NCBI RefSeq assembly: GCF_027921745.1
Contig: NC_079238.1
Coordinates: 4,340,001 to 4,404,000, forward strand
DNA from: Schizosaccharomyces osmophilus
Lineage: Eukaryota
Reading direction: 5' to 3'
DNA length: 64,000 nt
A model generated the notes under the pieces. That model was not told where the DNA came from and searched no databases. It saw only the letters and a list, made by a program, of their open reading frames with translations. The translations under genes were made by a program, and so were the position numbers. Positions 1 through 11,900 of this stretch are shown piece by piece (position 1 is the stretch's first letter; each line of letters opens with the position of its first letter).

Positions 1-2163
1 AATCCTTGTTCAAAAAAGAACAACGGCAAAAAGTTTACGTCCTGAAAAAAAGATTCCAATATCTTCGAAACCAAATGTTATTTAAATGAGAAAAACACGC
101 CAAATTGGTTGAATTGATTATCAAAACGGATGTTGGAGAAGGCAAGCAGGATACCTCCCATGCCTATATTAATACCATCAAGTAGCATTGTCACTTGTCA
201 GGGAACGAAGGTATAAACAAAGAAACCAAATCTTGAATTCTTCTTTGAAAACTGCTGATAATAAAAGGGAAAAAATATAAAAAAATACTTGCTCTTTTTT
301 AAAAAAATTGGAGCTGCATTTTCTTTTGGTAAATTGCGATAACACCGGTTTGTTTTCATGGACGGTTATAGAACGACAGCTGAAAAGAGAGAGAGCGAAA
401 ACATGTAGCATTTATGTATCTTTTGTCAGAAATTAAAGCTGTCTTTAAATCCTCAGAATTATACGGCGGTTACCATTCGGCGTATGTTTATGTCTGGACA
501 CACTTGATAGAATCAGCGCTTTTACCAGTAAGAGATTGCAAAAAAATAGTTCCAAACAAATATTTGCTATTTGATAATGACTATGCTTTATATGATGGTC
601 CAGCTTGTGGGAATAGTATAGGCAATATAAAAAACGTTTTCCTATATATCGTATTCATTATTTTGTCGAAATAACATCATACTATACATAAGATGAATTA
701 CGAACCTGTTCTTGAAACCGGGTTGGAAAGCCAGTCGATCAGGTCTGTAATTGGTAGAAACAAAGAAAATAAAAGTATAATAGTACTTCTTTTTTAAAGG
801 CTTCGTACGTACGCTGATCGAAAAGTCAAAGTTGTTGTCCCTACCTACTTTTCCCACTGGCTGGATTCATAAACTTGCTGCCATTTTCCCCTCCCAAACT
901 AAATTAAGAAGAGAATTCTTAATGGACACGTACTGAACTATTCAATTTCCCTTATACCTAACCCAACACTAGCTGTGCATTGTGAAATAATCATCGCAAA
1001 GGTCAGTTTTTTCTTGGTGCCTTTCGGCCATAAATTACAGGGATTTGAAACCCTTTGTAACTTTTTTTGCGCTTTCATAAATTCCATTTTTCTATATTTA
1101 CAGTGCTAACTATCTCTGCGTCACCCTTCCAAATGGAATGCTTTTTTCTTTTGTTGCCAATTCCATCATCCCTCTGCAAGTTCACCATATATATTCTTAC
1201 TTTCGAAGCTGAGATATTTCCTCATATTGATACTTCCATCGTAGAGAAATCGGCAGTCTTGTGATCTTTATTCTTTTTTTTCCATCGATTTATTCAATCA
1301 TTAAGCTGCCTAAGATTCGTTCAAAAAGGCGTTGTCTATTTATTTATTAGGATTTACGAACCAGTATTCAAGCTTGCCTCTCCACACTGGGATTTGCAGT
1401 GTCAAGTTTTTCTTCAGAAAAGCTTCCTGCTGCATTCATTTCTATTTTTTTTCTTTTTGTTTTTTCTTAAAGTCAAAGGACTTTGCTTGGACGCTAGCTA
1501 CTCTTTCCCGTTTACCTCATTTGTAACATTAAAATTTCTCTTGTTTTTCTTTTAGTGAGTTACGTTCGCTTGCTTTACTTAGGGCAACACACTTTCATTT
1601 CGCGCGCTATTGCTTTTTGCACAGTACGTAAATAAACAAACGTACCTCCAACTGAGTGTTGCTTTTCGAAATTTCCCTTGTTTCTTTTGCTTCATTATCT
1701 ATTTATTTATTCAACTAAAGGGACTCCTCTCCTTTTCAAGGATCATTCACTCGTTTTCAACTCGTTGGCTTTGATTGTAAATTATTAGGATTTTCTTGGT
1801 CCTATTCATCTATCATCGATTCTATCCATTTATTTACTCTCCTAGTGTTCTGTTTGTCTCGTAATTCTTTTGTTTAAATTCAATCTCTTACTTTTATTTA
1901 GAGAGTCTAAAAAAACCATTGATTTCTTGGACGAACAATCTGTTTTGTGAATTGTTTTTCTCATTCCATAGGGACGCTTTTATCCAACTAGACGATCCTA
2001 ATTAAGTTTGATAATTATCAATCAATTACTTTGCAATTTATATGCTCGAAAACGGAAGTTTCCAGTTTGTTTTGAGCTCGAGCTTACATACTTCATATTC
2101 TTGATTTCTGGTTTCTACGCATTTCGCACCTGCATATACTTCTTCTACATTAACATATCCTTT

Positions 2164-3087
2164 ATGTCGATTCAAGATTCAGGATATCATTATCCTGACA
2201 CTCCACCCCTTCGATTTTCTTCACAGGAGCTTTCTGACTCGACAATATCCGTCGCCTCAACCTCCAAATCGCAAATTCAAAAAGGACTGTACCAGACGCT
2301 GATTGCCAATTCTAATCCTTCTTCTTCTATTCAGAATAATGTAGCAGCTTTGTCCGCTTCTCGCGCACCAACTTATCCCCGTCATACAAAGCGAGCAAGG
2401 CGAACAAAAAGATCAAAGGCAGAAGCACCAAGTATAAAACGGGCACGAATGCATCGAAGCAAAACGACAAGCGATTTATCATCCCTTGAAAACAAGGCAT
2501 TAGCCATAAAGTCAAAACCCTCCAGCACTTTATCGAATTCACAGTCTTCAGAGAATATTCCAACTGCCTCTGAATTAAAATCCCGCAAAGCTACTCTTGA
2601 ATCTCGCTTCCATCGCTTGTCAAAAGCTCTCGCTGAATACTACTCTAGCCAAATGGAAAAAGCAGAACATGGTATTCATACAAATAAACACCCTGTGATT
2701 AATCAGGAGCTTCAACTTTTCGCTGCCGATTACGATTATCGGATACGAATCTCTACTAATTCAGCAACCCTTATTCAACGTCAGTTAGAGCATTACCTTT
2801 CCTACAGGCTCCAAACAATTTCAAAAAACTATCAAAGGTATGCTATGCTTATACGGCAACACTTATTATGCAAAACGATGAAACGGTATCAAAATCTGTG
2901 TGGACGCCGTCTATACGATAACATGACTCCAATATCCAACCCTTCTACGACCCAGCAAGAATTTAAGCCAGCTCAACAAATTTCCGAATCTACCTTACCT
3001 CGCGTGGCCCCTATATTCTTACCTCAAATCCCAAGTGTCCTTTCCGACCAACAAGCCCTAGATGATTTGGCTCTTTGCAATGTCTAG
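2164..3087 (+). CDS. mug165: Probable Clr6/Rpd3L HDAC complex subunit with Sds3-like helical region (Mug165-like), ~307 aa
   Basis: First ATG of the ORF is at 2164 (the track start at 2008 is a TTG in U-rich leader). Ser-rich N-half, basic NLS-like stretch (RHTKRARRTKRSK), and a helical C-half resembling Sds3/Dep1 (HGIHTNKHP..ELQ). Name rests on remembered synteny next to rps22. Confidence 0.6.
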   Translation: MSIQDSGYHYPDTPPLRFSSQELSDSTISVASTSKSQIQKGLYQTLIANSNPSSSIQNNVAALSASRAPTYPRHTKRARRTKRSKAEAPSIKRARMHRSKTTSDLSSLENKALAIKSKPSSTLSNSQSSENIPTASELKSRKATLESRFHRLSKALAEYYSSQMEKAEHGIHTNKHPVINQELQLFAADYDYRIRISTNSATLIQRQLEHYLSYRLQTISKNYQRYAMLIRQHLLCKTMKRYQNLCGRRLYDNMTPISNPSTTQQEFKPAQQISESTLPRVAPIFLPQIPSVLSDQQALDDLALCNV

Positions 3088-3504
3088 CTATGAATTTATA
3101 TAGGACTAAAAAATGCGACGCATTTCACGGTTGCGTTTATTGTTACTTTTATATATCCTATATACAATATTATATTTCTATTTATATAAATGCGAGCCAA
3201 TGCCCCACGAGAACGATCAAGTCGTAGTCAAAGCCCTTCACATATAACTGCATACATTAACATCATTGAAAGTACCACAATCTAAAGCTTATGCCAATAT
3301 TTTACGCGCTTGGTTATTTACAAAATGCATTATATTCAGATATTAATATACATAATCAATGAAAAAACCCATGTTTCACGAGATTCAATTAATGTACCAA
3401 AACCTTTTTAAAACCTCATAAACATAACGTTCCTCAACCAGCTTCAACCGTAATGTCGCTATACATCGGTATTTATCCAGCTATTCGGGTTTGAGTTTTT
3501 CAAT

Positions 3505-3897
3505 TTAATAGAAGAAACCAAGGATCTTACCACCAGTATCCTTGGCGCGAGCTTCGTTGTGAGACATGATACCACGGGAGGTGGTCAAGACGATGATACC
3601 AACTTGACGAGAAGGCAAAAGGTTGTTGACCCACTTTTCAATGTCCTTAATCTTGATGTTGAAGCGGGGAGAGATAACACCACACTTGTTGATGCGGCCG
3701 TTCAACTGGATAACAATCTTGCCAGAACGATGGTCATCAATTTCTTCGAATTCGTCAATGTAACCGTGCTTTTGCATGACAGTCAAGAACTTGACAATGA
3801 CCTTGGAAGAAGGACGGATAAGCACTTGACGACGTCCACGACGCTCAGCGTTGACAATATTGTTCAAGCAGTCAGAAAGAACGGATTGACGGACCAT
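3505..3897 (-). CDS. rps22: 40S ribosomal protein S22/S15a (uS8), 130 aa
   Basis: [18 protein letters not shown]...[26 protein letters not shown]...GGKILGFFY; strong codon bias. Confidence 0.99.
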   Translation of the reverse strand: MVRQSVLSDCLNNIVNAERRGRRQVLIRPSSKVIVKFLTVMQKHGYIDEFEEIDDHRSGKIVIQLNGRINKCGVISPRFNIKIKDIEKWVNNLLPSRQVGIIVLTTSRGIMSHNEARAKDTGGKILGFFY

Positions 3898-3906
3898 TTT
3901 GTTTTT

Positions 3907-4049
3907 CTAATGAAAGCGTTAGATTTCTCTTGAGTGTCTTGTTTAAAGATTCAAGAAAAAGAGTCAAGTTATTGAGTACATTAGCTCAGTGAAGAACTAA
4001 TGTTGTTCAATAACCACACGCTTGCATCTTTCCTCTGTTGGAATCATAC
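3907..4049 (-). other. 5'-UTR intron of rps22 (143 nt)
   Basis: Minus strand: AG|GTATGA donor at 4049, CTAAC branch at 3922-3918, TAG acceptor ending at 3907, 9 nt before the ATG. Confidence 0.85.
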
Positions 4050-4144
4050 CTATTGTTTAAGATTTTATTTTTCAAACAGTTTTAGATAGCTGATGAAGGC
4101 AGAATTAAAACACGTCGCCAAATAGAGTGGTTCGTTCCCAAAAA

Positions 4145-4164
4145 CAGTCACTAAACCCTACCCT
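4145..4164 (-). promoter_or_regulatory. Homol E + Homol D ribosomal-protein promoter module
   Basis: ACCCTACCCT (4155-4164) is an exact Homol E. CAGTCACT (4145-4152) is 1 mismatch from Homol D (CAGTCACA). Order is E upstream of D relative to rps22. Confidence 0.9.
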
Positions 4165-4299
4165 AATATATATTATATGATTTTGGATTCTTATATCGGA
4201 TATTATTGTAAAGTAAAAGCAAACCAATATGATATAATCAATTAAATAAATAAATAAAATAGCATTTTTATGGATCGGACACTTGAGACATTGAGATTA

Positions 4300-6037
4300 T
4301 TATTCTGTAGGATTCTCAAAGTACAAGGATCTAGCACGGGTTTTTACTCGATCAACAGGTGTCATGTTAATCTTTACTTTTGCGTTTTTGGTGCCTAAAC
4401 CAACACCTGGCAGGTAAGCTGTCGGCTCCAATGATTCTTGCGAATATACTTCAGTAGACTTGTTTCCAAGGGACAGATCAGGCAATGGTGAGAAGTTGGG
4501 CTCTTTCAAAGAATCGGTATTATCAGTAATGTGGATAGCTCTTCTTTCAGTAGCTCTGTCTCTATAATCAGGGCGCTCGATTTCTCGAATACGTTTCATG
4601 AATCCATCAGCAGCATTAACAAGGGGATTATTCTTCAAGTTCTTCTGGTGCAGAAAAGATTGTGTCAAGTGCTTCAGTATATGACCCCAGCTGTGAAACT
4701 TTCTTTCACATAAGACACAGATAAGCGATGATTTCCAAATGTATTGTAGAAGAAATTTCTCTTCTTCTTCAGTAAGTTCAGGCACATCCTCCGTTAATTC
4801 TTTCTGGGCGCCTTGCCAACGTGCCAAAGTAAGAGCAATCTATAAATGTTAATAAAAAAGGTTGGTATGTGTATAGACAATACCTTTTTGTTTGAGGGAG
4901 GTTCCGCCGGGGTTGTCCTTGCTCGCTTTTCTTTCTTTTGTTTCAATGCCTTTTCAATTGGTTTAAATTGCTCTTGGTCAACATTCTCGGGGATGAATAT
5001 AGAGCAGTATAGATTCTCGTCCCAATAAACACGATATCCGTCTTTAGTAGGAAATTTCCAATCATCAACTTGTCCTTGGGCTGGAACAAACACTCCTTCA
5101 TGAATATAATCAACAAACACTTTCCGAGAAGCAATCGTGAAGGGTTTTCCTATAAATGTTCGCGCCTTTGTTAACGTTTTGGCAGCCTCATCAACATTTG
5201 ATAATTCAATAATGGCATAGCTACAAAACAAATTATCTTTTTTTCGTCGAATCATAAATAATCTTTGGACATTGCATTCCAATCTTGACAAGCCTTTGAG
5301 AAGTGTAAGATCAGTTAAAGAGCGATCTAAGTTTCTTAATAACAGATATAAACTAGGAATATCGCCAGCATCATTGCTTCCATTTCGTTCTGTATTGTCA
5401 ACATACGATCGTAAAGTTTTACACTTGAAGCAGGCATCTCGAAATGAATAGTTCAACAAATCACACTAAAATAGTTAGTGAATGTCAAAATTGGTCTAGT
5501 AGAAATACGTTTTCACATTTCCATCCATCAATTTCCTCTCGAGCTTCTCTTGAGTAGCGGACACTAATGTTTCTACCATCAATATGAATTGAAGGAAAAT
5601 ATCTTTCCATCCATTGTTTCGAACTAGTCAAAGATATGAACTTTACAAAGCTATAGCGCTTCGATTCACGAGTAACTTTATCGCGTATAAGTACAATACT
5701 GTCAATTTCCGCACCGGTTTCGCTCATCACTTCTAAAATCTTCAAATAGATGGTAAGCCTATGGAATTAATATATATTTAGTTCGTACGTGTTTCTCATC
5801 TGTTGAGGAAGCCAACCCTTGCAGAATAATTTCTTGGTTTGGCACTCCCGCAAATCTTGGAGCGAAGTTGGCTTTAAAATTTGTTTCATCCTTTCTCTCA
5901 ACATCTTCGTCCATATCGCTGCCGTTCTCCTGAATGATGTTTCTCTCTGTGTTTACGAGGGTATCCATATTTGAAACAGACTTCTTCATCGAGCCTAATT
6001 TTTCTTGCTTATGCTCATTGTTTCTACCTAAAATCAT
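4300..6037 (-). CDS. rbm10: RBM5/RBM10-family splicing regulator (RRM, RanBP2 ZnF, RRM, C2H2 ZnF); 4 exons
   Basis: Introns at 5788-5740, 5508-5466 and 4883-4840 join four ORFs in frame. Splicing builds the Zn[21 protein letters not shown]; also RNP1-like [17 protein letters not shown] and YRDRATERR. Start is uncertain (ATG at 6037, 5989 or 5968). Confidence 0.85.
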
Positions 6038-6525
6038 AAAAAATAAAGTGAAAAGTGAAAAAAAAATAATACTCCCTTCCAAACGAAAATGGGTTGGTTG
6101 TTTTCTTGTCTTAGCACTTATAAGGAATGTCCAAATTTTGACACATATGTTCGGCATGCCTACTGTTCCAAAATATACTGTTTCATTTAGACGAAACTAT
6201 TAAACTAGCAAACAAAACTAAAACGTTTAATTAAAGTAAGCACAAAACAAGATACCAGTACAACTACAAAGCACTAGTTTCAAACTTGTCAACATAATCG
6301 CAACTCTATAATCCCATTTTCTCTAAACTAATCTAACGTAATTAACATGCTTACTCAGACCGTTTACAACTCAATCCGTCCTTTCACCTTCTCTAGAAGT
6401 GCCTTTGTAAAGTGAGAAACATTGATGAAAACTGTGCATCAATAAGCAAAAAGACTACATTACCGATTTTAGGGAATCATACTTTATAGAATTACTAGAT
6501 GTTTTTACCAACCAAAACCAGAATT

Positions 6526-8293
6526 TTATGCAGATCCACGAACGCTAGAACCCTTGCCATCCTTAGGGCGAGCAGTGGCGGTAAGCTTTCCTTCGACATC
6601 TAATTGAAGAACCAACTCAATCTTCGAATTAGGTGAGACGTCAGGAATATTGATAGTAGCGAGAAGAGTTTTGGGAACGGCGATACGCTCCTTAATCTCC
6701 TCAGGCTCTTCCTCTTCTTCATCGGAAAGTGCCTCCTCTTCATCCAAAGGCTCAGGTTCAGCCTTGGTAATCTTGACAGAACGCTCAGCCTCGAAAATAG
6801 GGATATAGGCACCACCTTCCTTGGGAGCGACAACCTCAACAACCTTACGGGTGGGCAAGGCAGTCTCGGCGTCCAAGAGAGTGACAAACTTGCCACCCTC
6901 GTTGATACCAATAGGAGCAGTAAGGTGAGGAGCTTCAACGATGGCAGACTCCATAGAAGAAGCGATGTCGGAAGCTTCAAAGTGACCAACTAAAGAGGCT
7001 TGGACACCAGAGCCAACTGCAACGAGTTCGGAAGCGTCAAAAGGCAAAGGAGTAACAGAGCTAGTGGAACGAATGGCGGTCTGTTCAGGGAAAATTCCTT
7101 CCATTAAAGAAGTCAATTTGGGAGTGTTAGAAGCACCACCAGCCAAAACCACTTCGGAAACATCAAAAGGTTCCAAGTTAGCTTTCTTAACGGCTTGCTC
7201 AACAAGTTGGGCCATACGGTTCAAAGGAGCAGCAGCGGCGAGTTCAAAACGAAGACGGTTAAGGGTAGCATGGAAATCAATGCCTTCAGCAAGGGAATCA
7301 ACAGCAGCAGAAGCGTTGGTATTGTTGCTAAGAACACGCTTGGTAAGTTCACATTGTTCCCTGAGCTTGGCAGCGGAACGGGCATTTTGGAGGGGATTAA
7401 TACCGTTCTTCTTTTCAAACTCTTTAGCAAAGTATTTGACCAATACATCGGTCAATTCTTCACCACCAAGGTTTTCATCATGAGCGGTGGATAAGACGGT
7501 CATCATACCTCCCTTGATAGAAACGACGGAAACTTCAGAGCGGTTGGCACCAAAGTTAGCAACGACAACAGTCTTGTCGATAAGAACAGACTCAGAATAC
7601 ATGAGGGCGAGGAGAATAGCAGCAGGATCGTGAATTAATTGAAGAATGGGGAGACCAGCTTGAACAGCAGCGGCTTCCAAAGCCTTTCTTTGCTCTTCAG
7701 TGAAGTAAACAGGGACGGACATAACGCAACCATCAACCTTAACACCCAAGAAGTCTTGGGCCGATTCACGAAGACGCTGCAAATGGCGAGTACTGGCTTC
7801 TTGAGCAGTAACGACCTTCTCCTTTGGTTGAGATTCCTCATCTTCTTGAACAGTGACCTTAAAACCAACCTGTCCCTCGACATTGACAGGAGAAGCTGAA
7901 TAATGGCAGTGATGGTTCGTAACTTCTTGATAGGGTTTACCAATCAAATCACGGAAGTTGGTAACAGAGTTGTCGGCGTTGCGAACAAGTTGGCCACGAG
8001 CTTGAACACCATGGTATTCTTGGTTACCTTGGTAAGACAAAATAGAAGGAATTTGACGATTTCCTTCTTCATTTGCCAGAACGTCAGTTTTTCCATCCTG
8101 AAAACAAAAAGTTAGTACTCTAAATAAGCGCAAAGAAGAAAAGAAATTCTTAGCTTCACAAGAATCTATGTCTAAACTTGTGACACGCAAGTTTTCCTAT
8201 AAATAATTTACATACTCTGTTAAAAGAGATAGAACTATTTTGGTTTCCAAAAGAAATACCAATGACAGTCTTATATTCCTCGGATTCTGCCAT
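6526..8293 (-). CDS. ssz1: Atypical Hsp70 Ssz1 of the ribosome-associated complex; 2 exons
   Basis: Exon 1 is 8293-8216 (MAESEEYKTVIGISFGNQNSSI). Intron 8215-8098 (GTATGT..TACTAAC..CAG). Hsp70 NBD with degenerate motifs (ANFGANRSE), shortened SBD with acidic insert, no lid. Confidence 0.95.
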
Positions 8294-8437
8294 TTTGAAA
8301 ATTTTGGTGGATGGAAGAAGAGTAGTACAACACCCTAATATAACACGCCAACACGGTGGTATTTGCCAGTAAAAGTCGGTAATCCCAATAGCTTCAAAAA
8401 AATTAGTATTTTACTTGAACGATTAGTAAAATATTAA

Positions 8438-8454
8438 TTTTTTTTTTTTTTTTT
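8438..8454. repeat. Poly(dT) tract T17 upstream of ssz1
   Basis: 17 consecutive T about 150 bp upstream of the ssz1 ATG. Confidence 0.9.
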
Positions 8455-8908
8455 CGAACGTTTCTATTTGGAATGAATTTCAAAGAATCCATTTATTCAC
8501 CATTCTTCTGACTGCCTTAAATGAATTCTATACTCATCACCGATGAACGAATGCTTGCAAAAAGTAATTGAGTAAGAAAAAAACTGCAAAGACATTGCTA
8601 CTTGCTGAACGCATCATTTGCCTGTTTCAAAGCTGAAGCTTAGAAAACGCCATATACTACTATCTAGCCAAAAGCGTAAATACGAATCGACGAGATCAAA
8701 AAAGCATTATACATTTCTTCTTTTAGATGTCTTGACTACTTAGGTACTGTTGCAAAATCATAAATTAGAGTGGTAGCAAAACTTTTATTTTTATATGAAG
8801 GTACAAAAAAGGCTTAAATATAGACTGTCTAATTATAGAACTTTTCCCGGACATAAAACGAGGCAAAGACATTCTTGCTAAAATATTATTAAGCATCGGG
8901 ATGAATTA

Positions 8909-11900
8909 TTAGTAGTATTCATTAACAGCATTGGTGATTAGTTCGTTTTTATTACAAGAGTAGAAATTTATCCGATTGTCTGTGCTGTCACCACATGCCA
9001 ACATTAGATGATGAGGGTGGAATTTCAGGCAACTAAGCCCGCCAAGTTTAGAATGCGTCAAAAATCGAGAACTTTCACGGAATGTGTTGATGTTTTTCCC
9101 ATCAGTACTCCATACCTTTACATATTGATTGGAAGATCCAGTAGCAAACACGGGGGCATGGCTATGAGCGCTTAAAGACATCAAATCATTTGTATGAGCA
9201 GGAATTGTAAGCAAACTATGATTTGATCGAATATCCCATAGTTTTACTTCACCGTCTGTACTAGCCGAAATTAATTCTCTCATTCCTGACGACTGCATCT
9301 CCAAATTGACAATCCTTGAACCGTGCTCTTTCCAAACGTCTGTCATAGATTCCCTAGCTGGTAATCGTTTATCATATACCCTTAATGCACCATCAGAAAA
9401 ACCTGCAACTATAACGTTACATCCCACAAGGTCACTGGTAAGACTGGTAATACCATTGCTACTTCTGGCTGGTAAACTAGAATGGCATAGTTCTTTCGAC
9501 GCATCCCAAATTCGTATAACGCGAACATCGCCAGCTACAAGGAGATGGCCACAATTTTGTTGCCAATTAAGTAATAAACCGGCGTCACGGTCTCCAAACA
9601 TTAAATCCCCTAATGCATTCCAAGAAGTCACCAGTTCGACGTCTTCGGTATCATAGTTGCGATAAAGGCGAACAATGCCCTCGGATGTACCGGTCATTAA
9701 CAAAGCAATGTCGTCTTCGTTTAATAGTTGCATATCCATAACATCACTTCTTAAATTCGAAGCAGTTTTAAAAGCATTAAGGCATTTAGAACGGCTCCAA
9801 TCCCAGACTTGAATTAAGTTGTTATTGCTTAGTGATACCAGTTGATCTTCAAATTGATGAAAAACTAGCTTTTTCGGAGTAAAGACATTATTTATCGATG
9901 AAACCTGCTGATTCCAATGGTTATTCCCAGAAAGCTCGGCAAGAGGTCTTGTCTGATAAATGAGCTTTTCGTTTCTGTTTCTTCTCCAAAGGCGTTGGTT
10001 GTAGCAAACGCTGCCGGGTTCATCATCTTCATTAGGTCTCATCTGAGGTTCCGTATAATACTTACGAGACCAGTCGAAGAAATGGCTCGTTATAGGCATA
10101 TCAAGTTCAGATTGATACTCTATACTGTTAAAAGAAGGAGGAACAGGAATTTTAGCATCCGTCAGGCGAGAAGCTCCATAGTCACTTGCTTTGCTGTCTC
10201 CATTGAGTGAAAGTATGTCAGAAGCTTTATCATTTCCTGAGAAACTTAAAGCCAGTCCTTTTAATGATTTTGTCAAAGAAAACGATCTATTTAACTTTGT
10301 CCTTTCAGCTGGACTTCGGGACGCAGAATAAGATCGCGAGTCACCGTCAAGAGCAGTATTCTCAGTGACTGTATCTTGGGCTGTAATTGGGTTCCGTGGA
10401 ACCGGCAAACTTTTAGAAACGAAAGCAGAAAATTCATCTTTTAGCGATGAGTTAAGAATAGTTTGGTAAACATAATTTACAACGGCTTCCGCCGCCATTG
10501 ATACTTCCACGCTCGGGTCAGCTGACAAACTCAAAATAGCTTGCCAAACAGTCTCAAATATAGTTGATTCACTAATGGGGGTATGCTGTTTTTTTCTTGG
10601 ATTCAAAGATATGCTATCTTCATAAGCTACTACGATGAATCTCTTCTTATAGCAAACCACAAAATGGGATAAAAATATCATCAGTTCGCGACGCACCATA
10701 GGAGATGCATCTGACATTGCAACAAGGGCAGAGAAGGCAATGTATGTTTCAATAGCTATGACTTCTTCTGTTTTGTCGGGAAAGCCCAAGAATGTGGTCA
10801 AAGCTACTAAAGCTGAGGCACGAACCTCCGGGACAGGATCGAAAACGATCTCACCAAGCATCGTGTGAGCATTATCACGTATAGCTGACCATTTTGCTTC
10901 GGAATAATTATCCCAGAGTTGTGCAATACAAAGACAAGCCCACTGTCTAAGCAATGAATCAGGACTATTAAGATGACTCAGACAATGCGATAATACTTGA
11001 GGACCAAGACAAGCTAACTGTCCTTGTGGAAATCCTCGACAGAAAATGCTTAAAATGAATGCACACATAGCTCTGTGTTCAGAAATATTGCTTGAAGGAA
11101 AAATTGATGAATTTGGATTCAAGATTTGTACAAAATACCCATAACCATTATCCTTGAGTAAGTCTGCTTGGCATGAGTCATCGACCGCTAAGATCCTTGC
11201 CCAAATAAATACCAAAACTGGCTTTAATTCTATAGCAGGTGATTGCAGTAATTTCAAAACATAAGGGAAGATACCAATGGATAGAGCTAAATCAACGGCC
11301 CAAATTCCAAGGTCAAGGAATTTAGATAAGAGAATCAAAGCTCGAAGACGATGTACCTGCGAAAGCAAGACTTGCAATACAAGAGGCAATTGATCAGGTG
11401 GTTTGCGAGTTATTAAGCCCTGAGAAAGCCAGACTTCGAAAGCTGTCAATTGTTCGCTAAAGAACATGGAATGTTTATATTCATAAGAAACTCCCTTGCT
11501 TTCAGCTTCAAGCATATCCGGAAGTTGGGACAAACAGTTGTCAATGGCGAGATCCCAAGAATTCCACATTGGGTGATCATGGGTCGGGGGCAAAGGAGGA
11601 CTAGATTGTGGGTGACATGAATGCACCAGCATAATGCGTTCGGCTAAAAGGAAATTGCGGAAAAGAGCGGCTACCATCAAATCCTGACGGAAAAGTCTTC
11701 GAAAAAGGTGTTTGGGGAAAACATTCCAAGCTATAGTATCCGTAATGGCTGTGAAAATCCAATTTAATTCACCAAGCGGAGTGCGACGATCCTGCAAACG
11801 GCCAGGTATTTTCAAAAGCATATTCAAGTTCAAATTGCTGGGAAATGGGTTTTGAAGCACATACCACCGGACAGATATCTCGATAGGAGAAGTCAGACAA

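Noticed and set aside
178..1526. Short ORFs (60-86 aa) at the left end
   Set aside because: Phe/Leu/Ser-rich translations of T-rich leader DNA; no motif, codon bias or splice structure found.
3968..4014. rps22 intron as an H/ACA snoRNA or as an rRNA-helix mimic
   Set aside because: No ANANNA hinge between the hairpins and no terminal ACA. Resemblance to 18S rRNA segments is about 6 bp and from memory only.
6197..6354. Possible 5'-UTR intron of rbm10 (GTAAGC donor at 6354)
   Set aside because: No convincing branch site near a candidate acceptor; cannot be supported without transcripts.
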